From Camelus dromedarius (lineage: Eukaryota): a stretch of 64,000 nucleotides of DNA. The stretch's first letter is position 1, and every line of letters begins with the position of its first letter. The stretch spans positions 55,244,001-55,308,000 of the forward strand of contig NC_087436.1 of NCBI RefSeq assembly GCF_036321535.1. Direction: 5' to 3'. Below, piece after piece: positions 1 through 13,200 of the stretch. The notes beneath the pieces are model-generated. The model did no database searches, was not told the DNA's origin, and saw only the letters and a program-made list of their open reading frames with translations. Position numbers and translations under genes: made by a program.

Positions 1-139
1 AGGTACCAATAAAACTTTATATATAGAATTCTCTTAACCAATAGAGTCAATGTAATTTAAAAGATAAGATTATAAAACATTTAGTTGGTTTTTATTTTGA
101 AAAACAAAAAAAGAAAAGAAAAAAATTGAATTGTATTTG

Positions 140-403
140 AGACAGGAAGGATTAAGCCCTTCCTGCTTGATTGCTTAAGCTGGGACATTGATCTCTTCTT
201 GCCCTTTTGCGCTCCTGGTTCTCAGGCCTTCAGCCCTGAACTGGTACCTATACCATTGACTTAACCTGATTTTTAGGTCTTTGGACTCTGACCAAATAAC
301 ACAGCTGGCTCACATCTTCCATAATTGTATGACACAATTCTTTATAATATATCTTGTCCTATAATTTATCTATTGTTTCTGTTTCTCTGGACAACTGTAA
401 TAC
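140..403 (+). mobile_element. MLT2-type ERVL LTR, 3' part
   Basis: Motifs gctcctggttctcaggccttcag and terminal tctattgtttctgtttctctggacaactgtaataca resemble the MLT2 LTR end. Confidence 0.75.
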
Positions 404-880
404 AACTTAGTGTTTAAAACAGAAACCATTTATTATACTCATGGATTCTCAAAGTAAAGAATTAGTATAGGACATTGCAAATATGACTTGACTGTGCTTC
501 TCTGCAACTGAGCCGTCACTTGGGAAGACTCAACATCTGAGATTGATTCAAAAGGCTAGAGTCTAGAGTTATCCAAGGATTTCTTCAATCACATGGCTGG
601 CATCTGGGATGGGATGACAAAGCCTGGGTTGGATGGCTCTGTCAGTGGAAGCACCTATATATGGCCTTTTTGTGTGACTCACAGTGTGGTGGTTGGGTTC
701 TGCAAGGAAGCATTCTCTAGACTGAGTTCTGCAAGGAAGCATTCTCTAGAGAGAACTTCTTGAGATTAAGCACTCCAAGATGCCAAGATGGAAGCATCAA
801 GGCTTCCTCTGACCTAGCCTTGGAATTCGTGTAGTGTTATTTCTGTTGCTCTCTGTTAGTCACTATCCCACCCAGATTCA
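404..880 (-). mobile_element. MLT1 (F/H-like) MaLR LTR fragment
   Basis: aacttagtgtttaaaac...atttattatactcatggattct and aaggcttcctctgacctagccttggaa are typical of antisense MLT1 LTRs. Confidence 0.7.
697..750. repeat. 25-bp perfect direct duplication (period 29)
   Basis: gttctgcaaggaagcattctctaga at 697-721 and 726-750. Confidence 0.95.
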
Positions 881-932
881 TCACCAGAGTGGTAGTAGCA
901 GCAGCAGTGGCAACAACAACAAATAATCCTAC

Positions 933-1442
933 TAGGACAGGCTACAAAACGCCCCCACCTCCAATGATACCAGGTCCAAATCCCTGAAACTTGTAAAAGT
1001 TACCTTATTTGGGAAAAGGTTCTTTGCAGTTATGATTCAGTTAAGGATCTTGAGATGGGGAGATTATCCTGGAGTATGCAAGTGGACCCTAAATATATCA
1101 CATGTATCTTTTATAAGAGAGAGGCAGAGGGAGATTTGACTCACAGAGGATAAGGTGACGTGAAGATGTAGCAGAGAGAAATTTAAAGATGCTGGTCTTG
1201 AAGATTGGAGTCATGCAGCCAAAAGTCAAGGAAGGCTGGCACCCACTGGCAGCTGGAAGACCCAAGGAATAGATTCTCCCCTAGAGCCTCCAGATGGAGT
1301 GAGGTCCTGCTGATACCTTGACTTTGGCCCAGTGAAACTCACTGAGGAATTCTGGCCTTAAGAATTATACAAAAATGCTTTTCTGTTCTTCTAAGGCACC
1401 AAGTTTTTGGTAATTTGTTAGTATTCTCAGGAAACTAATGCA
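933..1442 (+). mobile_element. MLT1C/D MaLR solo LTR, near full length
   Basis: ttaaggatcttgagatggggagattatcctgga; gattctcccctagagcctccaga; ends ggtaatttgttag...ggaaactaatgca. Confidence 0.9.
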
Positions 1443-2074
1443 GCACCAGTAATAACCACTAGTCTTGCTCACCCCTACTCAATCTTCAGTTGGGAAGATG
1501 CAAGTCCAGTAGAATTAAAGAGAATCAGAGGGTCATACAGTCAACTAATTAGGATTAAAAATGTAGAAAGTCCAGGTCTTAGATCTTTGGAGTTTTAGTC
1601 CAATCTTTACATTATGCTCATCGTATTGTGAGTATCGTTAGCTATGATATTAATGTGAGTAAAACTGTACTGAGAAGATAAAAGGGTTCTTTCCACCAAA
1701 CAATTAAAAGTTTCGCTATTTCTGATTGAAAGGGAAATTACTCTTTCACTGTTTAAAAAAAACTTTAACTTATTTTCCTCTGAAATTCAGATTTCAGGTT
1801 AAATAAATATATAAGTTGAGAAGCCATTGGGGATTAAAATGCAAGGAAGTTAGCAGGGTACTGAGTTCAGGGAACTTGCAATTGTACTAGAGTGAAGGAC
1901 AATTAGCGTTTATGTGATAATGTGATATGATTTAATATGATAGAAGAACTGTGGCAGGTTGCTTTTGGAGACTCTAACCCTACCCCATAGGTCAGGCCTG
2001 ATGGGGCTCAGAGGCGTATTTGTGTTCATGTGTGTGTGGAGGGAGAGGGTGCATATGTAAAAGACAGAGAGTAT

Positions 2075-2321
2075 GTAATGTACAGCATTGTGACTATAGT
2101 TAAATACTGTGTTGCATATTTTAAAGTTGCTGAGAGAATAGATCTTAAAATTCCTCATCCCAAGAAAAAAAATGTGTAACTATGTAAGGTGACAGGTAAG
2201 GTGACAGGTGTTAACCAAACTTACTGGACAATCATTTCACAATGTATACAAATATCAAAGCATTATGTTGTCCACCTGAAACTAATATAATGTTGTATGT
2301 CAATTATACCTTAATAAAAAT
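2075..2321 (+). mobile_element. L1MA-type (L1MA9-like) LINE-1 3' end
   Basis: taatgtacagcattgtgactatagttaa...cctgaaactaatataatgttgtatgtcaattataccttaataaaaa; internal 12-bp duplication gtaaggtgacag x2 at 2184-2207. Confidence 0.9.
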
Positions 2322-3484
2322 AGAGAGAGAGGGAGGGAGGGAGACTCTTAACCAGTTCTGAAAGTTCAAGGAAGATTTCTCAGAGTAGTGACTGCTAAGC
2401 TGACACTGGAAAGATTAGACAGAGCAATGGGGCAGTGATGAGAGCAGCATGTTTATGGAACTTATCTTTAAGCAGCCAGAGTGTGGACTGAATAGCAGCC
2501 TATCAGTACTGAAGCAGAGTTGGGCTGGTTGTGTTGACAGAAAGGAAGGCAGCAGGGGTTTCTTTTTGGTGAGCCAAGTAAGCTAGTCACAGGTTTTCCG
2601 ACAGACAGCTGCTGCAGGTTTGGGTTGCCGGCAGAAGTAGCCTGAGTACAGAAGTAAGGAATGGTCGGAGCCTTAGGTGCTGGCAGCAGAGAAGCTATGA
2701 AATGAAGATGAGCAAACCTAATCCAACTCCTCAGTTGGATAGCAACTGCAAATGAAAGAATATTCCGTGTCGGTTAGAAATGACTGTGCTTGTATGACTT
2801 TTTCAAACATTGTCCTATACAGAAATGGAAATTATAGTTATGTGTAGCATCTTTAAATATCACTTTTGCCACAAAATGCTGAATTTATAGAACCCAGTAT
2901 GTCTGTACACTAAAGAATACCCTGTGTGGTGAGAAGCGGGCATCCGAATTTACCGGTCTGTGTGAAGCCTGGTCTTCAGCAAACATCGCAGTGTGCCTTC
3001 TCCTCATCCCACTAGCACGCATTTCATTTCACTGAGCCAGAGGTATCCAGTAAATGACCACCAATTTTGCCTGTATTCTTGGCAATTCTGCTTTCTGTTT
3101 TTAGTGAACATAGAGCTGAAAGGGAATGGGAAATTGTCTGCGTAGCTGAATGAGATGACTAAGCAAGTGCACATTCCGTGGCTTCGGAGCATAGCAGGTG
3201 GGCATCTGGTTTCATAATCTTCGAGTCTCTTTTAGAACAAAGGCTTATGTGTCAGTTCACTGCTTTTTGTGCTCATTTTCAACAGGATGTGTCTCCTTAT
3301 TCATTCCTTATTAAATATATCATGTTGGAGTGTGCCACCATTGCAGCACAGTCTGTTTATTTTTAAAAGTAGCATCCTGTTTTCAAGCCTCTACAATATA
3401 TTATGAAATTCCTCTCTTTTCATTTAGAGAAATGTCTCTATAAATTATTTCTCCAAGATACTGATTTAAAATAATGTATAAAAA

Positions 3485-3925
3485 TCTAGGTCAGATCAGG
3501 GAATAGCACACTCAAAATGTTTAGTGAAGAATATAGAAAAAAAGGACTATTGACAGAAGTGATAAGAGGCTTAATGGAACCAAGAAGAGATCTTAAAGCA
3601 CCCAAAGGCTTATAACAACGGAAGTATTAATACTCCTAGGCTTGAAGGGTCAAGGCAAAGAAGGAGTGTTACCAGATCCCAGAGAACTGGACTACGCAAT
3701 TCTAGCTGTGCCAACAGAAAGGACAACAGAATGACTGATAAAACAGCATCCCAACAGAAAGAGAGATAGGAAAAATGAGCACCTTAACTTTTCTCTACCA
3801 TGATACTCCAGACAGCTGCTAGTGCCCTTCTTCAGAAGCTAAAAAGCATGAGATTCTGAAAATGACATTCATCAATGTCAGCCTCCTGGAGCAAAATCTT
3901 AAGGCAGAGAATGATCCCGAAAGGC
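3485..3925 (-). mobile_element. Ancient ERVL-class LTR (LTR33-like)
   Basis: gcacactcaaaat...aaaggactattgacagaagtg...ggaaccaagaagagat...gcaccca resembles an antisense LTR33-group LTR; highly diverged. Confidence 0.5.
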
Positions 3926-3974
3926 TAACTGTAAAATTCTCCCCAGATAGATAATGTCATCATGCTTTGGGCTG

Positions 3975-4070
3975 CCACATATGGTTGTGCCTGTTGTGCA
4001 CTGCACAGCCTCAGTAGGCACCATTCCCATAGGCAACAGTACTGAATACCATTCATATAGCTGTCCGTTC
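3975..4070. mobile_element. MER91-like hAT DNA transposon fragment
   Basis: gggctgccacatatggttgtgcctgttgtgcactgcaca matches the recalled MER91 terminus. Confidence 0.6.
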
Positions 4071-4168
4071 AGTCTTGCAGCCATGGCTGTGCTTTATCAA
4101 TCTTTGAGCATATAACCAGACTGTGGTTTGTCTTTTCTTCATAATAGTTAAATTCACACTGAAGGAGG

Positions 4169-4751
4169 TATAGGGGAGGAAAAATAAATTTCTCTCTATA
4201 TTTCTGAGTTCTTAGCTGAAACTCCCATAACAAAAGATTGATTAACAAGAAAAGCAAGTTTATTAACATGCATACCTCATTTATACTTTGGCGATAACCA
4301 GGGAAAAATGAGTAACCTCCTGCAGAGGATTAAATTTAGACTTACATACCATCTTAATAGGGAAAGGGAAGAGGGTATGTGTGCCTCTTAGCAAAGAGTA
4401 AATGATTTTCAGGAAAGATGAATGGGCCCCTAGAGGAACAGATGGGAGATATGATAGCTAGTGACAGTTTGTTGAGTTGTGATGTCGACTTCTAGCTTCC
4501 TCTTCTGTGATAAGAGTCAATATGCCCTGGTTGATGAAACTCGTAGGAAGGGGATTTATGGCTACTGAATTCCTCTTGGAGTGTGTCTTTAGACAGATAA
4601 GGAAAGTTCAGAGAAAGCCTCTGCCTGCCTCTGCTGATCGCAAGTGCCTACAGTTCAAAATAATCAATGTAACTAAAGCAGCATCTTTTAGGGAGGCATG
4701 CTCTGAACTCCCACAGTTATATTGTGGGGTGGCATATTCTGTTACACTTCT
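4169..4751 (-). mobile_element. MER34-like ERV1 solo LTR
   Basis: Minus strand reads agaatatgccaccccacaatata...attgattattttgaactgtaggcac (MER34-group start) and ends ctcccctata. Confidence 0.8.
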
Positions 4752-7700
4752 GAGAATGAGGATATTGTAATGTGGAGTAATAATGTCTGCCACAGATTGA
4801 TATTTAATGGGCAATTCATGTCCATTAATTGTAATACAGCTATTACACAGGATAGCCCCATACAGGGGCCTATTTTTTTTTCTGTTATTTGTTCGTATAT
4901 TAGTAACACATGATTTCATATAACCTCCAACTGGAACTCTTATCACATCAACAAATATTTTATTTTCTAGTAATTATATGTGAAATAGACCAAAAAAAAT
5001 TTCTCAGTGCAGTTCTAGCTTTGAGAAGTTTAATTAAATAAATACTTTAGAGAGTACTGAATGGAAAACACAGATGTTTGTAAAGCACATTGATATCTTC
5101 ATCACTGTTACTATTAGTCTCTTACAAATGAATTTCAAGTACTTCTAATAGAATCATGATTACAAGTAATGTGACACTTTCTTCTCCTTCAGTAACTCAA
5201 TCAGAAGAAGTTTGGGAGAAACAGGAAACTAATGGAGAGATAAAGTGGTGTCTCTGGCTACTGATTCAAGTTTAGAAACATAATTTGAATGTATATAAAA
5301 TTAAGAAAATTTTTAAAAATGAATTTTAATATTTATAAGTATTCATAGTATTTAGTATTTCTGGAAAACCAGGTTCAGATCATATTCTTCTGCTTACTGA
5401 AAATTTAATAAATAAATCTTATATTTACAAAGTAAGATAAAGTCGCAGCTGAGTATGGAGAGAGCAGAAATATTAAAAAATGGACCAAGGATGCATTTAT
5501 CTAGTCTTCCATATCTTATTCAACAGTAGCACCTTGCTTAAAGAATAGTCAGGATTGCTAAGAACAAATTACATTTTGTCACATATTCACCTTATTATCC
5601 ATAGAATGAAACCTTGTTAGAAAGTGTAGCAAGTTTCATTATCAAAATTTATGGCAAAAAGCCTCCACAACATTGACAGAGAAGTGTTAGGGTCAGAAAG
5701 AAAAAGCTAATAGGCACAGTATGGGGGCATCTTTACCAAAGCTTTTTAAGTTCACTGAACAGCATTGCTCATTATGTAAATATGTGTGCTAAGTCACTTA
5801 AATACTGTTGAACTACATAAGGCAATATTTTAAAATGTTACTTAATAAGAAAATTGTAGAATATGATTTTTTATTAATTGTCATATTACAGAATATGATT
5901 TGACAGTGTCTTCAAATAAAGAATATCTGTGACACAAATTCATAGAAAAAGATGAAAAAGTGAGAAAAGAAATTAATGCATTCACATTTCCTCTCTATTT
6001 CCTTAGCAAGAATTTCAGTTCAAATGCTCAGATATTTTGCTCAAATTTCTGAAATAATGCATTCATGTTATACTGTCATTCCAAATTCCACTACATGTCA
6101 GTTATGCCTCAAAGTTCAATTAAAGTGACAAGTATGACACACATCAATAGTTTTGGAGTAAAAATGAAAAGTGAGGGAACTTCTAAACGAAATTTAATTA
6201 TGATCTTATAGGGTAGAAGTTATTCCAGAAAGAAAGGAAATGTGATAGAAAGTAATATTTCATATTTTGGAATTTTCATCCCCAGAGACAGTTAACCAGC
6301 AAACACCATAGCAACGTTTGATTAAGTCTGCATGTTGTTCTTGACCTCATTAATGGAGTCAGCTGATGGATTTCCAGATCAATTTGTATGCAAATGTAAC
6401 AGAGGGAGGGATGCAGTTTCACAAATAATCTGCCCACTTTTTCTGAGTACTACTTTTTTTCTTTCTTCCCATCTCCATTTATGGACTAAATAATGCTGAT
6501 TGGTGGCCTTATAAAAGTGTTTCAATAACTGATTATATATGCTAAATGAGAAAAGGAAGATGTAGTTCTAAAAGTTTGTTTCATATAAGGCTGTGTGGGA
6601 TTAAATACAGCCTAACAGTTTCTTAAGACTTTTACAGCTGTGATTTACTTTACTCCTGAATTATTCTAATGCATTTGAATATACTGGGAAGTGACTAGTA
6701 CAGAATACGGCACAGTGAAAGCCCATCCACTTTCTAAGGTGAAGGGGACATATCACCACAATGAACAAAATAGGATAAATATAGACATTTAGTGCTGTAC
6801 TGAAAAATTAGAATTATATATTATAAGACCTACATCCATTTTAAGGATAATGGATGCAGGATCAATCTGATTTCTTGATAAATGTTATTTCTGTAGTTTC
6901 ACACTTGTTTGATTTCAGGTGTTTATTTAATTGAATTCAGTCAGTGAATAATATCTTGTGAAGTATCTACTTATGATATCATATTTTTGCCAGGCATTAT
7001 TAAAACTGTCTGGGGGTAAGTTAGGTCTAATTTATTTATTGTTATAGTAAGATTACACAGATGTGAACTAGATAGGTAAGATACATAAACCAAAAAAGGG
7101 AAAACTTAAAAGACTTAAAGGAGGAAAAATGTCTAAGATTTATGGTTGGGTATGTGGAGACGTGAAAGGGAGACTAGTATAAACCATAACTGAAGAACTC
7201 CTCTTGGACATCAATAAGTGGTGAATCAGAGCAGAGAGAAGGCACATTAAATAGAGGGCTTGATGAAATGAAGAAGTCTTTCTGAAAGAGACACTTGTAC
7301 TTAAGATTTTATCTCAGTCAGATGGACTGAGAATGTGTAATTTTTTTCCTTCTTCCAAAATCTTATTTTAAAATGATAGTGAATGACAGTGAAAACAAGG
7401 GTGAACATGAACAGAGACACTGTTACCACAGTCTTGAAATGCTAAATCCTCACGTATCATGGCAAAAGTCAACAGACAATATCCACAGTTAATATAATGT
7501 CATAAGCATATCATGGAGAGTTGTGAAAGTAAGCAACTCAGTAATAGTTACAGATAATTGTTTTAAAAAAAGTTGTGTGTGTGGAGCCAGGAGCAGAGGG
7601 GCAAATGGGAGTGTTGCTTTCCTTTTTAAGTCCTTGTGTACCACTGGCTTTACAAGCTCTGTGTGTGTGTGTCTGTGTGTGTTATTTTGGTGAAACATAA

Positions 7701-7994
7701 CACAGCTAAGGGGAAAAATAATACTTTCACTATACATTGAGAATTCTACACATTTCTAAATATTCTATTTACTTTAAGATGAGGATTACTAATCAGCTTT
7801 TTAAACTTCACTCTGCGACTTTAATTGAAATAGTCAATACGGCTTTCTCCTGTAATATCAGCTGTTTACAAATTTTTATAAAACTTTTGAAATGTTAAAT
7901 TATGGTAACTTATTTTTATTTAAATTACATATTAAGAGTTGAATTATATGCTAATAAACCTTGGGCTCAGATGCTTTCAGTTGTTTGCAAATGC

Positions 7995-8120
7995 AGTATA
8001 CTTTTATATACAACAGAATGTAATATGCCACAGAATATGGCATATAGTGTACAATAGAATATTATATATACCACAGAATACTGGTATATAGTATACTTCT
8101 ATATATCACAGAATATGCAG
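7995..8120. repeat. Degenerate tandem repeat with recurring (c)acagaat core
   Basis: acagaat recurs four times with tatagt(a/g)tac-like spacers. Confidence 0.6.
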
Positions 8121-8442
8121 AATCAATGCTTCTCAGCACTGGCTAGAGTTTGAATTAGCATGAAGACTTACAAAACCTCCATACTTTGGCATCATTATTC
8201 AGTACCAGATCATCCAAAACTTTTTCAATACCTTTTGAAAATTGAAGAGATGTGTTAACTGTTCTTCAAGTGTACTGAATAGGGGTTCTCATTTAAAATC
8301 CCTTTTATATTAACCTGTCAATCCCTGTAGATTCACAAAAACCATCTACCAGGCGTGAGATTGAAAAGTAATACATGCTATTAGAAGAACTCAATGGCAA
8401 CAAAGCCCTTTACAGGATGTCTTTGTTAAAATGCTGTTTGGT

Positions 8443-8660
8443 TTTTTTTTATTAACAGCTTCATTAAGATATAATTGATTCATTTTAAGTGTAAAGTTCA
8501 GTGATTTTTAGTACATTAACAGCTTTGTGCAAACATCACCAAAATCTATTTTTAAGCATTTCCATCACTGCAAAAGAGAAACCTTGTGCCCCCTGTATAG
8601 TTACTCCCTATCCTGTCCCAAGCCCTGTATCACGACAGATCTACTTTCTGTCTCTATAGG
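8443..8660 (-). mobile_element. L1MB-type LINE-1 3' end
   Basis: T-run + aacagcttcattaagatataatt...catttccatcac...atctactttctgtctctatag. Confidence 0.85.
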
Positions 8661-10639
8661 CTTTATGATCAATTCTTCATGAATAATTTGTGACTGGACA
8701 CAATGTTTTCAGTTAAATAAAAGTTTGAAATCTGTTGTTCAGTTAAAGTGTTACAATTAAATAAATTTTTAATGCCTTAATTTTGCTTAATACACTTTCA
8801 AAAGGCAGAGTATGGAATCCGAGAATACTATGAAAAGTCAATATTTAATTATTTGACTCTGTTTCTTTTACCCACATTCATTTAATATACCTCTGATCAA
8901 ACTGGCTCTGTGATTGGCTAGTCATCATTACGATAGTATGAATTAACCAGGTAAAATGCATGAATTAATAGCAGTCTAGAAAATATTGGTTCCTTCTCAT
9001 ATTTTCCTCCCTTCAGAAACTCAGACTCAAGAATAGATTTTTAACTGTTTGCAATTGAATAAAAGTAGGTTTATTCTGAACACAAATCCAGTGAGTTGCA
9101 TGTGTTCATTGGACTACAGGTATATCAATAAGTTCTCCCTGAACTGAGGAATTAGCCTAATTGTGGCTAAATTTTTATAAACAGTGTTATAAATTTCCAG
9201 TGTAGTATAAACGAGTTTTGTAAATTATTAGCAACAATTTTTATTTTAGAGTTTATTCAAATCCCATGAGAATAGTTTGGACTAAGATCAAACACTATTA
9301 TTTTGTGAATATAAAACAACATAGAAATATTTCTTTTGAAAATTATGCCTTGGTTGGATGATGGCTTTGGAGAATGAGCCCATTAGCCTAGTATCTTTCA
9401 CTCCACAGCAGGAGTAGAAGGAAAGGTTTGTCATTCTCAAAGCTGAAATCTTGTCAGCATCTCTGCAGATTTATGAGGCCATGTTCTAATCCCTCATGAT
9501 TATCTGTCCTGTTGTTCTCCATTACTGCTTCCTCAAGGAGGCTGCTTTTTTGTGTACTCCTCATGTCATGCTCAGCTGAAGTATAATTGGCTAGAAGACC
9601 ATCTACACTTACGGTGCATTCACACACAAATAAATGGATGCTGGAAAAGTTGTACATCCATTAAGCAGAGCATTAGTTTTGATGTTATTCATTTATCTAT
9701 CAAATATACTTAGACATATGAGTTCTCTAAAGGCATGTTTACTGAGAAATGGCACTTTGCTTTTAAATTGGGGAAATGAAAGATACTGCTACTGTCAATG
9801 AATTTTAAGGCTTTTATGCAAAAGTCTGAAAAATGAGAACTCATGTCATTCTTCCATTGTCTATTTCATGGAGTTTTAAAATGAAGTCTTTCACATTATG
9901 ATCAAAGAGGAAACACACACATGAACACAAACACATATTTATTTTGAGTTGCCTTGTTTTATCTTTAAAGAGAAATGTATAGAAATTTAAGTCATTGGTG
10001 ACTTACATATTTCTAGTTGCTGGTAGTGTATTTTATTTAAAATAATATAACAAAAAGTTGGTGATTAAAAATGCCAGTTTTCATTAGAGAGTAAAAATGG
10101 ACTATATTGTATGTCCTGCGGCATAGGAAGGAAGTCTGTAATCATACTTTGTTCATAATATTTATGCATATACTTCTACTTTTTTCTTTTTTAACTTTCC
10201 AATCTAGAATAGAATATCTAGAATTTCTATGTCAGCACTCTAGATATTTTGATATACATTATGTTAAAAGGTGCTCCACTCTTCTCACACAAATGAAACT
10301 ATATTTTTGTCTCAGGTTAGTTATTTCTGCCTTACTAAAACAAATTAAAATGAATTTTAAACTTAAAAACATAAGCATATTAAGGAGATTCCTCAAAAAG
10401 AAAATATAAATTATATCCCCACAGATAATTATCAATACATCCACACCCTGCCTTTTTTCTCTGTCTGTTATTCAGTAAGTTATACATATACTCCAAGGCA
10501 GTTGTTAGGTTGCAATACAGTAATTTTTTTAATTGACTAACCATCTGGTTACAAAACTTTAAGGAAATCACTCTGAGTTTCCAAGGAGTTGTCCAAAAGT
10601 GAAAACTCTTTAGTGTGAGAGATTGAATGTACAAAAAGC

Positions 10640-10960
10640 ATGGTATTTAGAGCATCTATAACAATAGACCACTTACTCCACCTCTGGAGCAGTCAGCTCA
10701 GGACTTAATGAATGCCAGCTTTCCTATCTGTGGCCCCCAGTTCCAGCTCAACACCAACCAGAGACAAGCAAATGTATTTCAAACCAATCACATATGATTC
10801 CCCGTTTTCCCATGCAATCAGAACATAATGGAAGACTTCCTTCTTTTTACTACAGGGCTCTCCCACTTCACTCTTTTTTAAGTTTCTGCCAAATACAAGT
10901 GATGGTGACTGATTCCCCTTAAATGCAAGTTATTAGCAAACTCTGTTCTTCATTTACTTC
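10640..10960 (+). mobile_element. MER21/MER68/MER77-group LTR fragment
   Basis: aaccaatcacat and tctgccaaatacaagtgatggtgactgattcccc are characteristic of this LTR group. Confidence 0.6.
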
Positions 10961-11349
10961 CACAAGTGTTGGTTTGGGAATCACTGGCCATAAGAAAGGA
11001 GGAGGAAGGGCTGGGGTACGGGGTTAATTAGGGAGTCTACCTTCTCAAGACCCATTACACGGAAAGGAGACAGGGATAGCCGGGCAGTGGCATTTTGTGG
11101 TATCCAGCAGTACTGACCTACAGAGCTTGAGGGTACCTTTGTTCCCTGCCAGGAACAAAGGGCTCTTTCCTAGAAAGGAGAGAGAGGAAAGAGGAGCATC
11201 TTCCTGAGATGTGGAAGAGGAGGACTGGCTCAGCCTAGAATATAGCTCTGTCACAAATCAGCACAGCTATTAAACATGTAATGTTAGGTGACCACCTCGC
11301 CTAATTAGCTTCTTTTGATTTCTAAACATGCTGATTCATACTTAAGTCT

Positions 11350-12045
11350 TCATCTTTTTATATATTTTGGATAAAAGTTCTTTATTTTATATATAAAATT
11401 CAAACATATTGTCTCACAACCTGTGGCTTGTCTTTTCATTCTCACAAGAGTATCTTTCACAGAGCAGATTTTTAAGTGTTGGTAAAGTCTAATTTAACAT
11501 TTTTTTCTTTTATGTTTCATGCTCTTTGGGCACCACTTCTTTCTCTTCTCTTTGGGTACCCGGCTGCACTTACATTATTCCATTTGATACTGCCCCAAAG
11601 CTCACTGATGCTCTCTTCACTTTGTTCAGTCGTCTTTCACTGTGTGCTTTATCTGGAGTAGATTCTGTTACTGGTTCTTAAATTCACTATTTTTTTTTTC
11701 TTCTTTTGCTAAAATTTGAGAAGAGCTCTTCATAAAACTCCAGAAATCTCTCTAGCATTTTGTCCCACAAATCTTAACCCCTTTTCATTCCCCAAACACT
11801 CCACTTTGTCTCTTCAAATAATCCAGACCTCTGGATTGTCCATCTCTGCACTGTGGCTTCACCCTGAAGAAACCCCAGCATCCACCTTGTCTATTTATTT
11901 TTCTCACACGTTACTTTCTTTGGTTAGTTCTAGCCCAATGGCCGACAACTTATTTCATGTATTTTGTGCAGTTGCCTAATTTTTTTTAAAGCAAGATGGT
12001 AAATCAGATTCCTATTACTGCATCATGGTGGAAGTGGAATTCCTA
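11350..12045 (-). mobile_element. Old L1M fragments (ORF2 3' piece joined to 5'/ORF1 piece)
   Basis: ctgtggcttgtcttttcattctc...gtctaatttaacatttttttcttttatg (ORF2 antisense); agctcactgatgctct and gtaaatcagattcctattactgcatcatggtggaagtggaa (L1M 5' end antisense). Confidence 0.75.
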
Positions 12046-13059
12046 GTAACTTTTCTTAATGTGTCCAGTTATTGTGCTAGTTTTCTCCCTTTTCTCACAA
12101 ACCAGTTACCATTTTTAGGTAGACATAGGCAAAGTACCACTAGTTATATTTTGTATGTCAATTCTTGCATCAGTCAATCGTGCACCCGTCACTTAGTTTT
12201 ATCTTTTATTTTAATAGATTAAAACCACTATTTTATTAATAGTTTTAAACATTTTTATTAGTACTTTTATTTTAACTATGCATATTACTGTTTATCAGTT
12301 AATTTCTAAAATTCTATTTAAGAAATATTTCATTTGTTTCATTGTATTATCATAAATTTAACCACTTGTTATAAATGTCTTGTTATATAAATGCTAACAT
12401 GTTTGACATAATTTTAAAAATTGGGAAAATTAAAAATGCTATTTTGTGGAATTAATTTAGATCACTATCATTTTTTTCTGGTTACAAATGTATGTGTGAC
12501 AATATAATTATTGCTTAAATTTCTAATTATATATAAACTGTGTGATGGCAGTGCTGACAGAAAGAATAGTCAGAGTAAAAATACCAATTATTCCTTTGTA
12601 CTTTAAAGAACTTCAAGATTGCTTCCTCCTGACAAGTTATACAGCCTATACGTTACCTAGAATCTGTTCAAGTCAGGAGTGGAAACTAAATCCTAGAAGT
12701 CACTGACTGGGTTTATACCAACTGTTCCCTTAATTCAGTACTCCTAGTACAGAGAAAAGCATACAGATAATTTTAAAGCCAATATGAGAATAAATTTGTA
12801 AATTCTTTATATTTTATTTAGTTTATTTTAGAAGTTCTTCCATATATTCAGAACTTACTCTGTCTGTAGTGTTTAACATTCTTCACAATGTATTAAAATA
12901 TATTTACCTAAGGGAAATAAGATAGGTTTTTTAAAATCAAGATTTCTTTGGGTTTTATGCTCATGGAGCACAAAAAAATCTTGAAGGAAATAAACAATGT
13001 ATCAACATATCTATGAGTTGAAGATTGTCAATTAAAATTTCCTTAACTTTTGTGCTGAA

Positions 13060-13200
13060 TTTATTCAATCCATCAATATTTATTATGAACCTACTATGTA
13101 CCAGATACAGTGATGAGCGAAAGAGAAAGAAATATCTTTTCTTATGAAGCTTAACTTTTGGTTGTACAGATGCTCACTAAACCATACAAACAAGTAATAT
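13060..13200 (-). mobile_element. L2 3' end
   Basis: ttattcaatccatcaatatttattatgaacctactatgtaccagatacagtg. Confidence 0.7.

Noticed and set aside
697..750. Direct repeats as a possible CRISPR-like array (also 61119-61160)
   Set aside because: Only two copies, 2-4 nt apart, with no spacers, in mammalian DNA; ordinary tandem duplications
2450..3400. GC-richer segment with scattered CpGs as a possible promoter or CpG island
   Set aside because: CpG density is far too low for an island; no recognisable coding or TE identity I can support
4507..4946. Cluster of three overlapping ORFs
   Set aside because: Largely within or running out of a MER34-like LTR; chance ORFs
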